Assembly (NCBI GenBank): GCA_028284465.1 | Contig: JANQRR010000027.1 | Coordinates: 2,181-66,180 of the forward strand | Reading direction: 5' to 3' | DNA: 64,000 bases | DNA from: Gammaproteobacteria bacterium | Lineage (GTDB): Bacteria > Pseudomonadota > Gammaproteobacteria > JAJFKO01 | Shown here: positions 1 through 10,085 of the stretch, in pieces | Layout: each line of letters opens with the position of its first letter | Numbering within the stretch: the stretch's first letter is position 1 | Position numbers and translations under genes: made by a program | Notes under the pieces: generated by a model | What the model saw: only the letters and a program-made list of their open reading frames with translations | Databases searched by the model: none | What the model was told of the DNA's origin: nothing

Positions 1-10
1 CTCATAAGCT

Positions 11-1030
11 TTACTTATCCTGTAATAAGTTTGCTATTCGCTGGCGGATCTGCTGCGGCACATCATTTTTAACCGCTAACACTGCTTCATGAATAGCATT
101 TGTAAATCCTAATACATTAGTGCCGCCATGACTTTTAATAACTGTGCCTGGTAAACCAACGAAGCTTGCGCCGTTATATGCTGATGGATCAATTTCTTTT
201 TTCAATGCATTTAATACCTGCATTGCTGGAATAGCCATTAAGCGCGTTAACCAGGTTTTTTCAAATGCAGATTTAATAAAACTTGCAATCACCTTTGCAG
301 TCCCTTCCATTGTTTTTAACGCAACATTACCAACAAAACCATCGCAAACGACAACATCAACATCCTTAAAGAAAATATCATCGCTTTCCATATAACCGAT
401 GTAATTAATAAAATCTGCAGCTGATAATAATTGCGCGGTTTGTTTAACTTGTTCATTGCCTTTCATATCTTCCGCACCGATGTTTAGCAAAGCAATTTTA
501 GGGTTCGCTTTGCCATCGACAAATTCGGCTAGCACGCTCCCCATTACTGCAAACTGAAACAAATGTTCAGCTTTACAATCGACATTCGCGCCCAAATCTA
601 GCACTCTCACGCCACCATTGACACCTGGCAATACCGATGAAATAGCTGGCCTATCAATGCCGGGTAATGTTTTTAGCACGAATCTGGCTGTCACCATTAA
701 CGCACCAGTATTTCCTGCGCTCACACAAGCTTGTGCTTTGCCTTCACTGACGAGGTTAATCGCGACTCGCATAGATGAATCTTTTTTGTTACGTAATGCG
801 TGTGACGGTAATTCATCCATGCTCACTTGTTCACTCGCATGATGGATCTGTAAGCGTTCATTAGTGGTAATGCTATGACGACGCATATACGCTTCAATTT
901 GAGTTTGATCCCCGACTAAAATCAAGCGCAATTCAGGTGATTTAGTCAATGCCTGCGCTGCTGCAGGAACAACCACAGCAAGGCCTTGATCACCTCCCAT
1001 GGCATCAAGTGCAATCGTTATAGTGGCCAA
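11..1030 (-). CDS. plsX: phosphate acyltransferase PlsX
   Basis: 339-aa ORF with the PlsX-like N-terminus MATITIALDAMGGDQG. It sits in the conserved rpmF-plsX arrangement. Confidence 0.9.
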   Translation of the reverse strand: MATITIALDAMGGDQGLAVVVPAAAQALTKSPELRLILVGDQTQIEAYMRRHSITTNERLQIHHASEQVSMDELPSHALRNKKDSSMRVAINLVSEGKAQACVSAGNTGALMVTARFVLKTLPGIDRPAISSVLPGVNGGVRVLDLGANVDCKAEHLFQFAVMGSVLAEFVDGKANPKIALLNIGAEDMKGNEQVKQTAQLLSAADFINYIGYMESDDIFFKDVDVVVCDGFVGNVALKTMEGTAKVIASFIKSAFEKTWLTRLMAIPAMQVLNALKKEIDPSAYNGASFVGLPGTVIKSHGGTNVLGFTNAIHEAVLAVKNDVPQQIRQRIANLLQDK

Positions 1031-1036
1031 TAGTCG

Positions 1037-1237
1037 TTACTCTTCTTCGTCTTCATCCATATATTCATTTTTCACAATCACTTGACGACCGCGATAATAG
1101 CCATCGGGAGTGACATGATGACGCAAATGAGTTTCACCACTCATGCTATCGGTGGATAATGCTTTTGCTGATAATTTATCGTGGGAGCGCCGCATGCCAC
1201 TCTTGGAGCGCGTCATATGCTTTCGTTGTACTGCCAT
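1037..1237 (-). CDS. rpmF: 50S ribosomal protein L32
   Basis: 66-aa ORF beginning [22 protein letters not shown], the typical L32 N-terminus. It lies immediately upstream of plsX. Confidence 0.9.
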   Translation of the reverse strand: MAVQRKHMTRSKSGMRRSHDKLSAKALSTDSMSGETHLRHHVTPDGYYRGRQVIVKNEYMDEDEEE

Positions 1238-1448
1238 AATTGCCTAAGCCCTCTATTTAGCTGAAAAAAATTAGAGGTATTCTACACTATTTTTGGATGA
1301 GTCCAAAATATCAGCCAGAGAATTTTTGACCAGATAATTAGCAAAATGGCTATATTTGCTTTAAATTGGTTGGGGAAACCGGTTAAATAGGTATATAAAG
1401 CACACTTTTTACAAGGCTGTTGTGAATTTTAAGTCTGAGAAGTGATTA

Positions 1449-2414
1449 TTAATTAAGTAGATCGGTATAATTGACACCCATATCAAATGATTGCAATAGC
1501 CGTTGCAAATCATCACTTAATGGCGCAGTAACACTAAGAGGTTTATTGGCGTTTGGCAACGTTAAGACGATTTTACTGGCGTGTAAGAATAATCGCTTTA
1601 GCCCTTTACGTTTAAGCATATGGTTAAATGCTTTATCACCATACTTAGGATCACCAGCTAACGGATGGCCAAGATGAGCCGCATGCACGCGAATTTGATG
1701 GGTGCGGCCAGTTAATAAATTAATTTCTGCTAGGGTCGCTAAATTAAAATACTTAACGACATTAAATTGAGTCGCAGCGTATTTTCCAGCTTCAGTAACT
1801 TCCACCATCCGCTCACCTGAGCGTAAGGTATTTTTTTGCAAGGGTAATTCAATCGGTTTAGAGTTTGCTTGCAAATGACCTTTGACTAATGCTAAATAAT
1901 GTTTTTCGACTTTGCCGACACGTAGTAATTGATGTAATGTTAGCAACATATCACGATTTTTCGCCAGGATTAAACAGCCAGATGTTTCTCGATCAAGTCG
2001 ATGCGCCAACTCTAGTTTTTGCGCTTGTGGACGCAATACTTTTAACATGTCAATTAAACCATAATGCAAGCCACTGCCACCATGTACAGCGATTCCTGAC
2101 GGTTTATTTATAATTAATAAATCATCATCTTCATATAAAATGGCTTGCTCTAAATAAGCTACAGCGTCATATGTTGGCGTTAATTTAGTAGGGCTAGATG
2201 GTATTTTTAAAGGTGGCAAACGTACTGTATCATCATGTACTAATCGATAAGAAGCTTGCACCCGTTTTTTGTTAACACGCACTTCACCTTTACGTAATAT
2301 GCGATAGACATGTGATTTAGGAACATGTTTAAAATAGCTTAATAAGTAATTATCAATCCGCTGACCCGCATGCGCGCTATCAATGACAATATAAGAAACT
2401 TGAGTTTTTTTCAT
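1449..2414 (-). CDS. rluC: 23S rRNA pseudouridine synthase, RluC-like (S4 domain + RluA-family catalytic domain)
   Basis: 321 aa. The stretch GQRIDNYL..VPKSHVYRILRKGEVRVNKKR closely parallels the E. coli RluC N-terminus, and the HRLDRETSG catalytic motif is present. Confidence 0.8.
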   Translation of the reverse strand: MKKTQVSYIVIDSAHAGQRIDNYLLSYFKHVPKSHVYRILRKGEVRVNKKRVQASYRLVHDDTVRLPPLKIPSSPTKLTPTYDAVAYLEQAILYEDDDLLIINKPSGIAVHGGSGLHYGLIDMLKVLRPQAQKLELAHRLDRETSGCLILAKNRDMLLTLHQLLRVGKVEKHYLALVKGHLQANSKPIELPLQKNTLRSGERMVEVTEAGKYAATQFNVVKYFNLATLAEINLLTGRTHQIRVHAAHLGHPLAGDPKYGDKAFNHMLKRKGLKRLFLHASKIVLTLPNANKPLSVTAPLSDDLQRLLQSFDMGVNYTDLLN

Positions 2415-2468
2415 AATTGGAATTATATTAAAAATATTATTGAAATTTCTATGTTACGCCACGCTACT

Positions 2469-2560
2469 CGTCATTGCGAGGACCCGAAGGGAACGAAGCA
2501 ATCCAGAATATTTCTAAATAAATCCTGGATTGCTTCGTCGTTACACTCCTCGCAATGACA
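2469..2560. repeat. MITE-like palindromic repeat, full copy A
   Basis: Nested inverted repeats: gtcattgcgagg...cgaagcaatccagaa...tcctggattgcttcg...cctcgcaatgac. The same element occurs in the opposite orientation at 48096-48186, with partial copies at 20867-20900 and 27936-27969. Confidence 0.75.
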
Positions 2561-2566
2561 ACATTA

Positions 2567-3034
2567 TTATTCTGTAATTTGGCGTAATACTGAAACCATT
2601 TCCGCCGCCGCATCAACTGCTTCGCGCCCCATATGGCCTTTTTTGCCGCCAACTCTATCTTGCGCTTGTGCTAAATCGGTTGTTGTTAACACGCCAAAAA
2701 TAACCGGTACATTATGCGTTAACATGACTTGCTGACAGCCGCTACTAACCTGCTGGCTTACATGTTCATAATGATCGGTTTCACCTTTGATAACTGCGCC
2801 AAAAGTAATAATCACTTCATAAGCGTTGGTTTTTGCTAAGCGTTGCGCAGCTAATGGGATTTCTACCGCACCTGGCACCCATACTATCGTGACATGATCA
2901 TCATGAATTTCTAATTCTTGTAATCGCTGCACAGCACCACGCAATAATTCTTCAGTAATATCATGATTAAACCGACTAACAACTATTGCAACATGTAATG
3001 AATCGGCAATATCTTGTGCTTTAATCAATCGCAT
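2567..3034 (-). CDS. ribH: 6,7-dimethyl-8-ribityllumazine synthase
   Basis: 155 aa with lumazine synthase length and sequence (VVSRFNHDITEELL, WVPGAVEIP). It follows ribBA. Confidence 0.9.
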   Translation of the reverse strand: MRLIKAQDIADSLHVAIVVSRFNHDITEELLRGAVQRLQELEIHDDHVTIVWVPGAVEIPLAAQRLAKTNAYEVIITFGAVIKGETDHYEHVSQQVSSGCQQVMLTHNVPVIFGVLTTTDLAQAQDRVGGKKGHMGREAVDAAAEMVSVLRQITE

Positions 3035-3039
3035 AGTTA

Positions 3040-4257
3040 TTAATCCTCAATTGCTAATAAATGGCCTAACTTAGTTTTCTTGGTACGCAAATAATCTTGA
3101 TTTTGTGGTGTTGGTTGCATTTCAATGGGTTCGCGTGACACGACATCTAAACCATAACCTTGCAAACCATAAATTTTTTGCGGATTGTTGGTAAGCAAAC
3201 GCATCTTGCGCACGCCTAATTCGCGTAAGATCTGTGAACCAATGCCATAATCGCGGTGATCGGCTGCAAAACCTAATTCATGGTTAGCTTCAACTGTATC
3301 ATAACCATTTTCTTGCAGCGCATATGCTTTGATCTTATTGGCTAAACCAATGCCGCGCCCTTCTTGCTTGCGTAAATATAAAAACACCCCGCCTTCTTTG
3401 CCGATTTGCTTTAGCGCTGATTGTAATTGCCAACCACAATCGCATCGATCCGATCCAAAAATATCGCCAGTTAAACATTCTGAATGCACTCGCACAAGAC
3501 ACGGCGTTTCACTATCAATAGCGCCATTAACCAATGCCACATGTTGCGTATTATCAACTGTGTTCACAAACACTTTAATATTAAAATCACCATAAGAAGA
3601 TAATGGCAAATGCGAACAAGCGACTTCTTTAACTAATTTTTCTTTCGCTAAGCGATAAGCGATCAAATCATCAATCGATACCATATTGATTTGATGTTGC
3701 TCGGCAAATGCTTGCAGATCAGTAAATCGTGCCATGCTGCCATCGTCATTCATGATTTCACAAATAACTGCTGCTGATTGCAAGCCTGCCAAACGCATTA
3801 AATCGACACTGCCTTCGGTATGTCCAGCACGCGCTAACACGCCTTCGTCACGTGCGCGTAGAGGAAATACATGTCCTGGCACCACCACATCTGCAGGTTT
3901 ACTGTTAGGATTAATTGCAACCTTAATCGTATGTGCACGATCAGCCGCTGAGATCCCAGTTGAAACACCTTGTGCTGCTTCAATTGAATAGGTAAACGCC
4001 GGCCGATACTTAGAATGATGCGCTGCCATTAATGGTATTTCTAAGCGATCCAAATCCGTGCCACTCATGGCTAAACATACTAAACCACGACAATATTTGA
4101 TCATGAAATTAATTTTTTCCGGAGTGACCATAGTTGCAGGAAAAATTAAGTCTCCCTCATTTTCACGGTCTTCATTATCAACTAAAACGACCATCTTACC
4201 TTGCTTTAGATCAGCTAAAGCAGTTTCAATGGTTGCAAGGGTCTTGTTCATAAGCAC
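3040..4257 (-). CDS. ribBA: bifunctional 3,4-dihydroxy-2-butanone-4-phosphate synthase / GTP cyclohydrolase II
   Basis: 405 aa. The N-terminal half carries DHBP synthase motifs ([11 protein letters not shown]) and the C-terminal half the GTP cyclohydrolase II cysteine motif (HSECLTGD...CDCG). The start may instead be the Met at 4251. Confidence 0.9.
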   Translation of the reverse strand: MLMNKTLATIETALADLKQGKMVVLVDNEDRENEGDLIFPATMVTPEKINFMIKYCRGLVCLAMSGTDLDRLEIPLMAAHHSKYRPAFTYSIEAAQGVSTGISAADRAHTIKVAINPNSKPADVVVPGHVFPLRARDEGVLARAGHTEGSVDLMRLAGLQSAAVICEIMNDDGSMARFTDLQAFAEQHQINMVSIDDLIAYRLAKEKLVKEVACSHLPLSSYGDFNIKVFVNTVDNTQHVALVNGAIDSETPCLVRVHSECLTGDIFGSDRCDCGWQLQSALKQIGKEGGVFLYLRKQEGRGIGLANKIKAYALQENGYDTVEANHELGFAADHRDYGIGSQILRELGVRKMRLLTNNPQKIYGLQGYGLDVVSREPIEMQPTPQNQDYLRTKKTKLGHLLAIED

Positions 4258-4849
4258 CTCGATATTTACTTAATTGCTGAGAAATTTGTTTTGCTAACCA
4301 ATCAAATTCCAGATTAACGCTATCACCTTCTGCCAACTCGGCTAAGTTTGTTTTTGCTAACGTATGTGGGATAAGCATCACTGTAAATTCATCTTCATGA
4401 GTTGTATTAACTGTTAAACTCACTCCATTAACTGCTACGCTACCTTTAGGCACTAACCAGGGTTTTGCTGGATCTTTCACTCCAGCAAAGCGCATTAGGA
4501 TAAACTCTTGTTGCGCCGTTTTCGTTAGCAACGTAGCAATTTGATCGACATGCCCTGTCACAATATGCCCGCCTAAACGATCACTTAAGCGCAATGCGCG
4601 CTCTAAATTAACGCTATCACCCGCCTGATAACAGCTACTACGTGTACATTGGTTAGTTTCCGCCGAAAGTTCACAATTAAAATGCTCACCTTCAATAGCA
4701 GTCACTGTCAAACAAGCCCCATCAACGGCAATACTTTCGCCTAGCGCTAAATCGGTAAAAGCTGATGCTATAATCAGCTCCGTAGTTTCTGCTGCCAACC
4801 TATTAACTGCAACAATTTTACCACAGTGGTCAACTAAGCCTGTAAACAT
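4226..4849 (-). CDS. ribE: riboflavin synthase alpha chain
   Basis: 207 aa starting MFTGLV, with the duplicated lumazine-binding fold pattern. It overlaps the ribBA start by about 30 nt. Confidence 0.9.
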   Translation of the reverse strand: MFTGLVDHCGKIVAVNRLAAETTELIIASAFTDLALGESIAVDGACLTVTAIEGEHFNCELSAETNQCTRSSCYQAGDSVNLERALRLSDRLGGHIVTGHVDQIATLLTKTAQQEFILMRFAGVKDPAKPWLVPKGSVAVNGVSLTVNTTHEDEFTVMLIPHTLAKTNLAELAEGDSVNLEFDWLAKQISQQLSKYRGAYEQDPCNH

Positions 4850-4946
4850 GAATTATTTTACTCCCATCCAGCAAAGCCCAAATTCGCCTCAACCGCTAAT
4901 CTTTGCTAAAATCACTGCCTTTTATAAATCACACTAGGCTCTTAGT

Positions 4947-6665
4947 ATGTCTACAGCGCAGCTACCAACAAAGAACCAACATTATACACCGGATCGGTGG
5001 TTTTTTGATATTCTCATACTAACTTTAATTCTTGGCTGCTTACTTGCTTTCAATATGGGTTATGCGCCACTGTCTGTGCCTGATGGCGGGCGCTATGCAG
5101 AAATACCACGTGAAATGCTGATTACTGGTAATTTTATTACCCCACACTTAAATGGCCTGATCTATCTGGAAAAACCTATATTATTCTATTGGTTACAAGC
5201 TTTAAGCATTTATATTTTTGGCTTAAACGAGGCTGCGCTACGCTTATGGCCTATGCTATTTGCATTAGGTGGCTGCCTAGCAACCTATATTGCCGGGCGC
5301 GTACTTTTCAGCCGACTATGTGGTTGGCTTGCGAGCATTATTTTGGCCACTAGCCTACTTTATTTTGCGATGGCACAACGCATCACTCTGGATATGCCAC
5401 TCACTGTGCTGCTCACTGCAAGCTTATATTGTTTTTTGCTAGCAAGTCGCATGCACCCAGGCAAAAAACGACGCTGGCTAATGTGGGGTTGTTACATCTT
5501 TAGTGCTTTAGCATTGCTAACCAAAGGCCTCATTGGGATTGTTTTTCCGATGGCAATTATCGGCTTGTGGATTATTGGTGGCAATCAATGGCGCCAACTC
5601 AAACATTTATACCTGATCTCCGGTGGCATTATTTTCTTGCTGATTGCACTTCCCTGGCATGTCCTAGTGCAATGGCAAAACCCCGATTTCTTTAACTTTT
5701 ATTTTATTAATCAACACATATTGCGTTATCTCAATAAGGATGTTGGTCACTATCAACCTGTTTGGTTTTTTGTGCCGATTTTAATGTTAGGCTTTGCGCC
5801 CTGGATAGCTTTTTTAGGACAAGCGTTAAAACATCATATTGTCATGCGAAAAATACATCCCGACACTTATCTCAGTGGCTTATATCTTATTATTTGGGCA
5901 AGTTTTATTTTCGTGTTTTTTGCTATTTCAAAATCAAAACTTATTCCTTACATTCTACCGTTATTTCCGGCAATCGCACTATTAACTGGTAATTACTTTG
6001 CATCATTGTGGCAACGACGACGACCGCCACGTGATTGTATCGCAGGATTTTTATTATTATTGCTGGTTGCTGTGATTGGCAATTGTATTTATTTATATGC
6101 TATTTATGGCCATCATCATTGGCATATACCAGCTAGTTCAACAGCATTCATTTTAAGTTGTGCCTTGATCACATTAATTAGCTCTATTGCTGCTAGCATT
6201 AGTGTTTGGCGTTGGGGAACACCGCTAGCATTTATGATTGTTGTTATTGGCACAACAGCGATGCTAGGCTTATATACTATTGCACGACCAACACTTGATG
6301 CACGCTCGATTAAACCATTGGCGTTACATTTAAAGCCTATGCTTAAACCACAAGATGCTGTTATCGTTTATGGGTATTACTATCAAGATTTACCTGTTTA
6401 TCTGCAACGACGTATTGAAGTGGTTAACTGGGTTAATGAATTTGCCTATGGTTTACAACACCAAAATGCAAATGCCTGGATGATCAGTGAAACTCAATTC
6501 TGGCAAAGTTGGTATAGCTCGCAACGCGATTATGTCATTATGCAGCGCAAACAATATCAACGGCTGCGTAAAACTCATCCGCATACCCATTTTTATGTGT
6601 TAGATAAAACCCATCGCGATATACTATTAACCAATCATTTACCGATTAAGGCGTCTTATGAATAG
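4947..6665 (+). CDS. arnT: 4-amino-4-deoxy-L-arabinose (L-Ara4N) transferase, GT39/ArnT family
   Basis: 572-aa polytopic membrane protein with the ArnT/PMT-type motif DGGRYAEIPREM near the N-terminus. It is clustered with arnB/C/A/D homologues. Confidence 0.8.
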   Translation: MSTAQLPTKNQHYTPDRWFFDILILTLILGCLLAFNMGYAPLSVPDGGRYAEIPREMLITGNFITPHLNGLIYLEKPILFYWLQALSIYIFGLNEAALRLWPMLFALGGCLATYIAGRVLFSRLCGWLASIILATSLLYFAMAQRITLDMPLTVLLTASLYCFLLASRMHPGKKRRWLMWGCYIFSALALLTKGLIGIVFPMAIIGLWIIGGNQWRQLKHLYLISGGIIFLLIALPWHVLVQWQNPDFFNFYFINQHILRYLNKDVGHYQPVWFFVPILMLGFAPWIAFLGQALKHHIVMRKIHPDTYLSGLYLIIWASFIFVFFAISKSKLIPYILPLFPAIALLTGNYFASLWQRRRPPRDCIAGFLLLLLVAVIGNCIYLYAIYGHHHWHIPASSTAFILSCALITLISSIAASISVWRWGTPLAFMIVVIGTTAMLGLYTIARPTLDARSIKPLALHLKPMLKPQDAVIVYGYYYQDLPVYLQRRIEVVNWVNEFAYGLQHQNANAWMISETQFWQSWYSSQRDYVIMQRKQYQRLRKTHPHTHFYVLDKTHRDILLTNHLPIKASYE

Positions 6666-7026
6666 TGCATTACCGTTTGTTTTTCTCGGGGTATTTTTAA
6701 ATACCATCGCACAATTATTGCTTAAAGGCGGCATGAACCATATTGGTTATTTTGCTTTTCGATTCACTAACATTTTACCGATTGGCATGAAAGTCGCTTC
6801 AAGCCCCTATATTATTAGCGGTTTATGCTGCTATGTTATTAGCGTTGGTGTCTGGTTACTGGCGTTATCACGAGTTGAAGTTAGCCTCGCTTATCCCATG
6901 TTGAGCTTAGGATATATTTTAAATGCTTTAGCCGCAGACTATTTTTTCCATGAACATTTGTCTGCTACGCGAATTGCTGGTATTTTTGTTATCATTTTTG
7001 GGGTATATTTAATCTCTCGAGCTTAA
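6658..7026 (+). CDS. small SMR/EamA-like membrane protein, ArnE/ArnF-like flippase subunit candidate
   Basis: 122 aa with four predicted TM helices. It is translationally coupled to arnT by an 8-nt overlap and sits in the arn cluster. Confidence 0.55.
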   Translation: MNSALPFVFLGVFLNTIAQLLLKGGMNHIGYFAFRFTNILPIGMKVASSPYIISGLCCYVISVGVWLLALSRVEVSLAYPMLSLGYILNALAADYFFHEHLSATRIAGIFVIIFGVYLISRA

Positions 7027-7038
7027 GGAGAATATTAA

Positions 7039-8199
7039 ATGTCTGACAATTTTATTCCATTCTCTCGGCCATCGCTCAGTGATGCAGCTATCAATGAAGT
7101 GGTTGATTGTCTGCAATCAGGCTGGATAACGACTGGGCCGCGAGTAAAACAATTTGAGACCCAGCTAAAAGATTATTTGCGTGCTCCTCACGCACTTGCT
7201 GTTGCCTCAGCAACTGCAGGCTTGCACTTAGCATTATTAGCGCTACGTTTGCAGCCAGGCGATGAAGTGATCACCTCGCCTTTAACATTCGTGGCGAGTG
7301 TTAATGCGATTGTGTTAGCAGGCGGTAAGCCAGTATTTGCTGATATTGATCCACACACATTTAATATTGATCCACAAAAAATTAAAGCTGCAGTCACACC
7401 GCACACTAAAGCTATTATGCCGGTGCATTTTGCTGGTTTACCGACAGATCTTGATCCTATTTATACGATAGCCGAGCAACATAATCTACGAGTCATTGAA
7501 GATGCTGCTCATGCTATTGGAGCATATTATAAAGATCAGCCTATTGGTAGTTTCGGTGATACTCAAGTTTTTAGTTTTCATCCTAATAAAAATATTACTA
7601 CCGGTGAAGGTGGCTGCATAGCAACGCATGATGAAGACTTAGCAACGTTTGCGAGTTTGATCCGTTTTCATGGTATTGATCGTGATCCTGCAAATTATAA
7701 TGACAAGCAACAATTAAATCATCACTACGATGTGGCGCTGCCAGGCTTTAAATATAATATGATGGATATTCAAGCCGCACTGGGCATGCATCAATTAAAC
7801 CGCTTAGATGATTTTATTGATAAGCGTACTGAGCTTGCCGAAAGTTATCAAGCAATTCTAACGCAATTACCAGAATTAACGTTACCACAAGCTCCAAAGT
7901 ATAATCACAAACATGCTTGGCATCTATATACACCTTTACTTAACCTTGAACGCACCAAATTAACCCGCGATCAATTTATCATATCTATGCGTGAATGTGG
8001 GATTGGTGTTGGCGTGCATTTTCAAGCAGCACATTTGTATAGTTTTTATCGGCAACGTTATGATCATAAAGAAGGTGATTTCCCTATTGCCGAAGATATT
8101 AGTAAACGCATCGTTAGCCTGCCATTATTCCCAGATTTATCCGTTGCCCAACAAGATAAAACGATTGAAACGATGATTAACATCTTTAGGAGCAAGTAA
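7039..8199 (+). CDS. arnB: UDP-4-amino-4-deoxy-L-arabinose--oxoglutarate aminotransferase (DegT/DnrJ/EryC1 family)
   Basis: 386 aa with the PLP-lysine region FSFHPNKNITTGEGG, in arn context. Confidence 0.8.
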   Translation: MSDNFIPFSRPSLSDAAINEVVDCLQSGWITTGPRVKQFETQLKDYLRAPHALAVASATAGLHLALLALRLQPGDEVITSPLTFVASVNAIVLAGGKPVFADIDPHTFNIDPQKIKAAVTPHTKAIMPVHFAGLPTDLDPIYTIAEQHNLRVIEDAAHAIGAYYKDQPIGSFGDTQVFSFHPNKNITTGEGGCIATHDEDLATFASLIRFHGIDRDPANYNDKQQLNHHYDVALPGFKYNMMDIQAALGMHQLNRLDDFIDKRTELAESYQAILTQLPELTLPQAPKYNHKHAWHLYTPLLNLERTKLTRDQFIISMRECGIGVGVHFQAAHLYSFYRQRYDHKEGDFPIAEDISKRIVSLPLFPDLSVAQQDKTIETMINIFRSK

Positions 8200-9152
8200 T
8201 GAGTGACCCCTACCTTAGCGTCGTTATTCCTATTTATAATGAAGCTGATAACCTCGAAACATTATTTTCTCGACTCACTAACGTGCTCGATAACATTGGC
8301 AGAAGCTATGAAATTGTATTAACCAATGACGGCAGTCAAGATAGATCGGAAGAAATTTTACAAAGCATTTATCAACGTCGCCCAAAAAACATTCGGGTAA
8401 TTCATTTTAATGGGAATTTTGGCCAGCACATGGCAATCATGGCAGCGTTTGAAAAAGCGCGCGGTGAAGTCATTATCACTCTCGATGCCGATCTGCAAAA
8501 TCCACCGGAAGAAATCCCTAAATTGTTAGAAAAAATTGACGCTGGTCACGATGTCGTTGGCAGTATTCGTCAATTGCGTCGAGATAGTTGGTTCAGACGC
8601 ATTGCTTCTGTCATTAATAATTCTATTCGCTATCGGATCACTAAAATACGCATGACCGATCAAGGTTGTATGTTTCGCGCTTATCGCAAACACATTGTTA
8701 AACTCATGGTGGCAAGCCGTGAAACCTCAACTTTTATTCCTGCACTTGCATGTAGTTATGCCACTAATCCAACCGAAGTTGAAGTTGCGCATGATGCCCG
8801 TGAAGCGGGTAAATCAAAGTATCGTTTATATGATTTACTACGACTTAATTTTGATTTAATGACAGGGTTTTCTTTAGTACCATTGCAAGTATTTACCCTT
8901 GCAGGGATCATGGTATCTATTTTTAGCTTATTGTTTGTATTTTATTTATTTGTAAGACGGATCATCGTTGGTCCTGAAGCGGATGGCTTATTCACGCTAT
9001 TTGCGATTCTGTTTTTCTTAATTGGTATTGTGCTATTAGGATTGGGGATCACTGGTGAATATATCGGGCGCATTTATCAAGAAGTTCGCAAACGTCCTCG
9101 TTATGTGATCCGCGAAATTCTGGAGCACTCCGATGAATCTGCACAATCCTAA
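8199..9152 (+). CDS. arnC: undecaprenyl-phosphate 4-deoxy-4-formamido-L-arabinose transferase (GT2)
   Basis: 317 aa. It has an N-terminal GT2 domain (SVVIPIYNEADNL, DADLQNPPEEI) and two C-terminal TM helices, in arn context. Confidence 0.8.
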   Translation: MSDPYLSVVIPIYNEADNLETLFSRLTNVLDNIGRSYEIVLTNDGSQDRSEEILQSIYQRRPKNIRVIHFNGNFGQHMAIMAAFEKARGEVIITLDADLQNPPEEIPKLLEKIDAGHDVVGSIRQLRRDSWFRRIASVINNSIRYRITKIRMTDQGCMFRAYRKHIVKLMVASRETSTFIPALACSYATNPTEVEVAHDAREAGKSKYRLYDLLRLNFDLMTGFSLVPLQVFTLAGIMVSIFSLLFVFYLFVRRIIVGPEADGLFTLFAILFFLIGIVLLGLGITGEYIGRIYQEVRKRPRYVIREILEHSDESAQS

Positions 9153-10008
9153 TGATCCGAGGATCTTAGTATTTGCCTACAGTAACGTTGGTTATGAATG
9201 TTTAAAACTATTGTTATCACGTCAAGAAAATGTGATTGGCGTTGTTACCCACGAAGATAATCCTAATGAAAAATGCTGGTTTGCTAGCGTTGCCAAGTTA
9301 GCACAACAATATAAAATTCCGGTTTATACGCCTAAAAATGTTAACCAGCCTGAACACACTGCAAAAATTTTGCAATTAAAACCTGATCTTATTTTCTCAT
9401 TTTATTATCGTAATTTGATCAATGACGATATTTTACAAAGCGCACGTTTAGGCGCATTTAATATGCATGGATCATTATTACCGAAATACCGTGGGCGTGC
9501 GCCGATTAATTGGGTTATTATTAACGGCGAAACCGGAACAGGCGCAACCCTACATTACATGGTTCGTCAAGCGGATGCTGGTGATATTGTCGATCAACAA
9601 GCCGTAACGATCACGCATACTGATACTGCAAAAAGTTTAGCGGAAAAAGTGACGCAAGCAGCCACGCAAGTGTTGGCACGGCAACTTGACGCTATTAAAA
9701 CTGGCAACGCACCTCGTATACCGCAAGATCATAGCCAAGCTAGTTATTTTGGTAAACGCACCCCAGAAGATGGCAAAATTGATTGGCAGCAATCTGCTAG
9801 CCAAATTTACAATCTGATCCGCGCGTTAACTCATCCCTACCCTGGGGCATTCACTGAACTTAAAGGCCAACGTTATTGCATTTGGCAAGCGCGACCGCAT
9901 GATGACCATGAGCATAAGCAAACACCTGGTAGCGTTATTTCAACATCACCGTTATTGATCGCCACAGGAAAAGGCGCATTAGAGATTTTGCAGATGGACA
10001 TTCAATAA
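9133..10008 (+). CDS. arnA: UDP-L-Ara4N formyltransferase (stand-alone ArnA N-terminal domain)
   Basis: 291 aa with the formyltransferase motif HGSLLPKYRGRAPINW. It ends where the E. coli ArnA formyltransferase domain would end. Confidence 0.75.
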   Translation: MNLHNPNDPRILVFAYSNVGYECLKLLLSRQENVIGVVTHEDNPNEKCWFASVAKLAQQYKIPVYTPKNVNQPEHTAKILQLKPDLIFSFYYRNLINDDILQSARLGAFNMHGSLLPKYRGRAPINWVIINGETGTGATLHYMVRQADAGDIVDQQAVTITHTDTAKSLAEKVTQAATQVLARQLDAIKTGNAPRIPQDHSQASYFGKRTPEDGKIDWQQSASQIYNLIRALTHPYPGAFTELKGQRYCIWQARPHDDHEHKQTPGSVISTSPLLIATGKGALEILQMDIQ

Positions 10009-10022
10009 ACAGGTTAAAATGC

Positions 10023-10052
10023 TTGTGAAAACAGCAAAAATCACGGTATAAT
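10023..10052 (+). promoter_or_regulatory. sigma70-like promoter candidate for the inserted ATPase gene
   Basis: TTGTGA-N18-TATAAT lies about 35 nt upstream of the ATG at 10086. Confidence 0.3.
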
Positions 10053-10085
10053 GATGTTGTTAACAGCAATTGTACGGGATTTTTG

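Noticed and set aside
2370-2652. Small ORFs (62 aa on each strand) spanning the ribH-rluC spacer, and the 42-codon N-terminal extension of purM (48078-48203)
   Set aside because: All are read through the palindromic MITE-like repeat and give the same repeat-derived peptides on both strands. purM has a proper RBS and a canonical N-terminus at 48204.
4851-4946. Possible FMN (RFN) riboswitch upstream of ribE, since the minus strand contains GGCGAATTTGGGCTTTGCTGGATGGGAGTAA, which resembles the 3-prime end ...GGATGGGAGA of RFN elements
   Set aside because: The spacer is only 97 nt. It lacks the other conserved RFN blocks (the AGGGCGGGG.GAAATTCCCC.ACCGGCGGT and GCCGACGGT-type segments). It is most likely chance or a remnant, and an Infernal scan with RF00050 would settle it.
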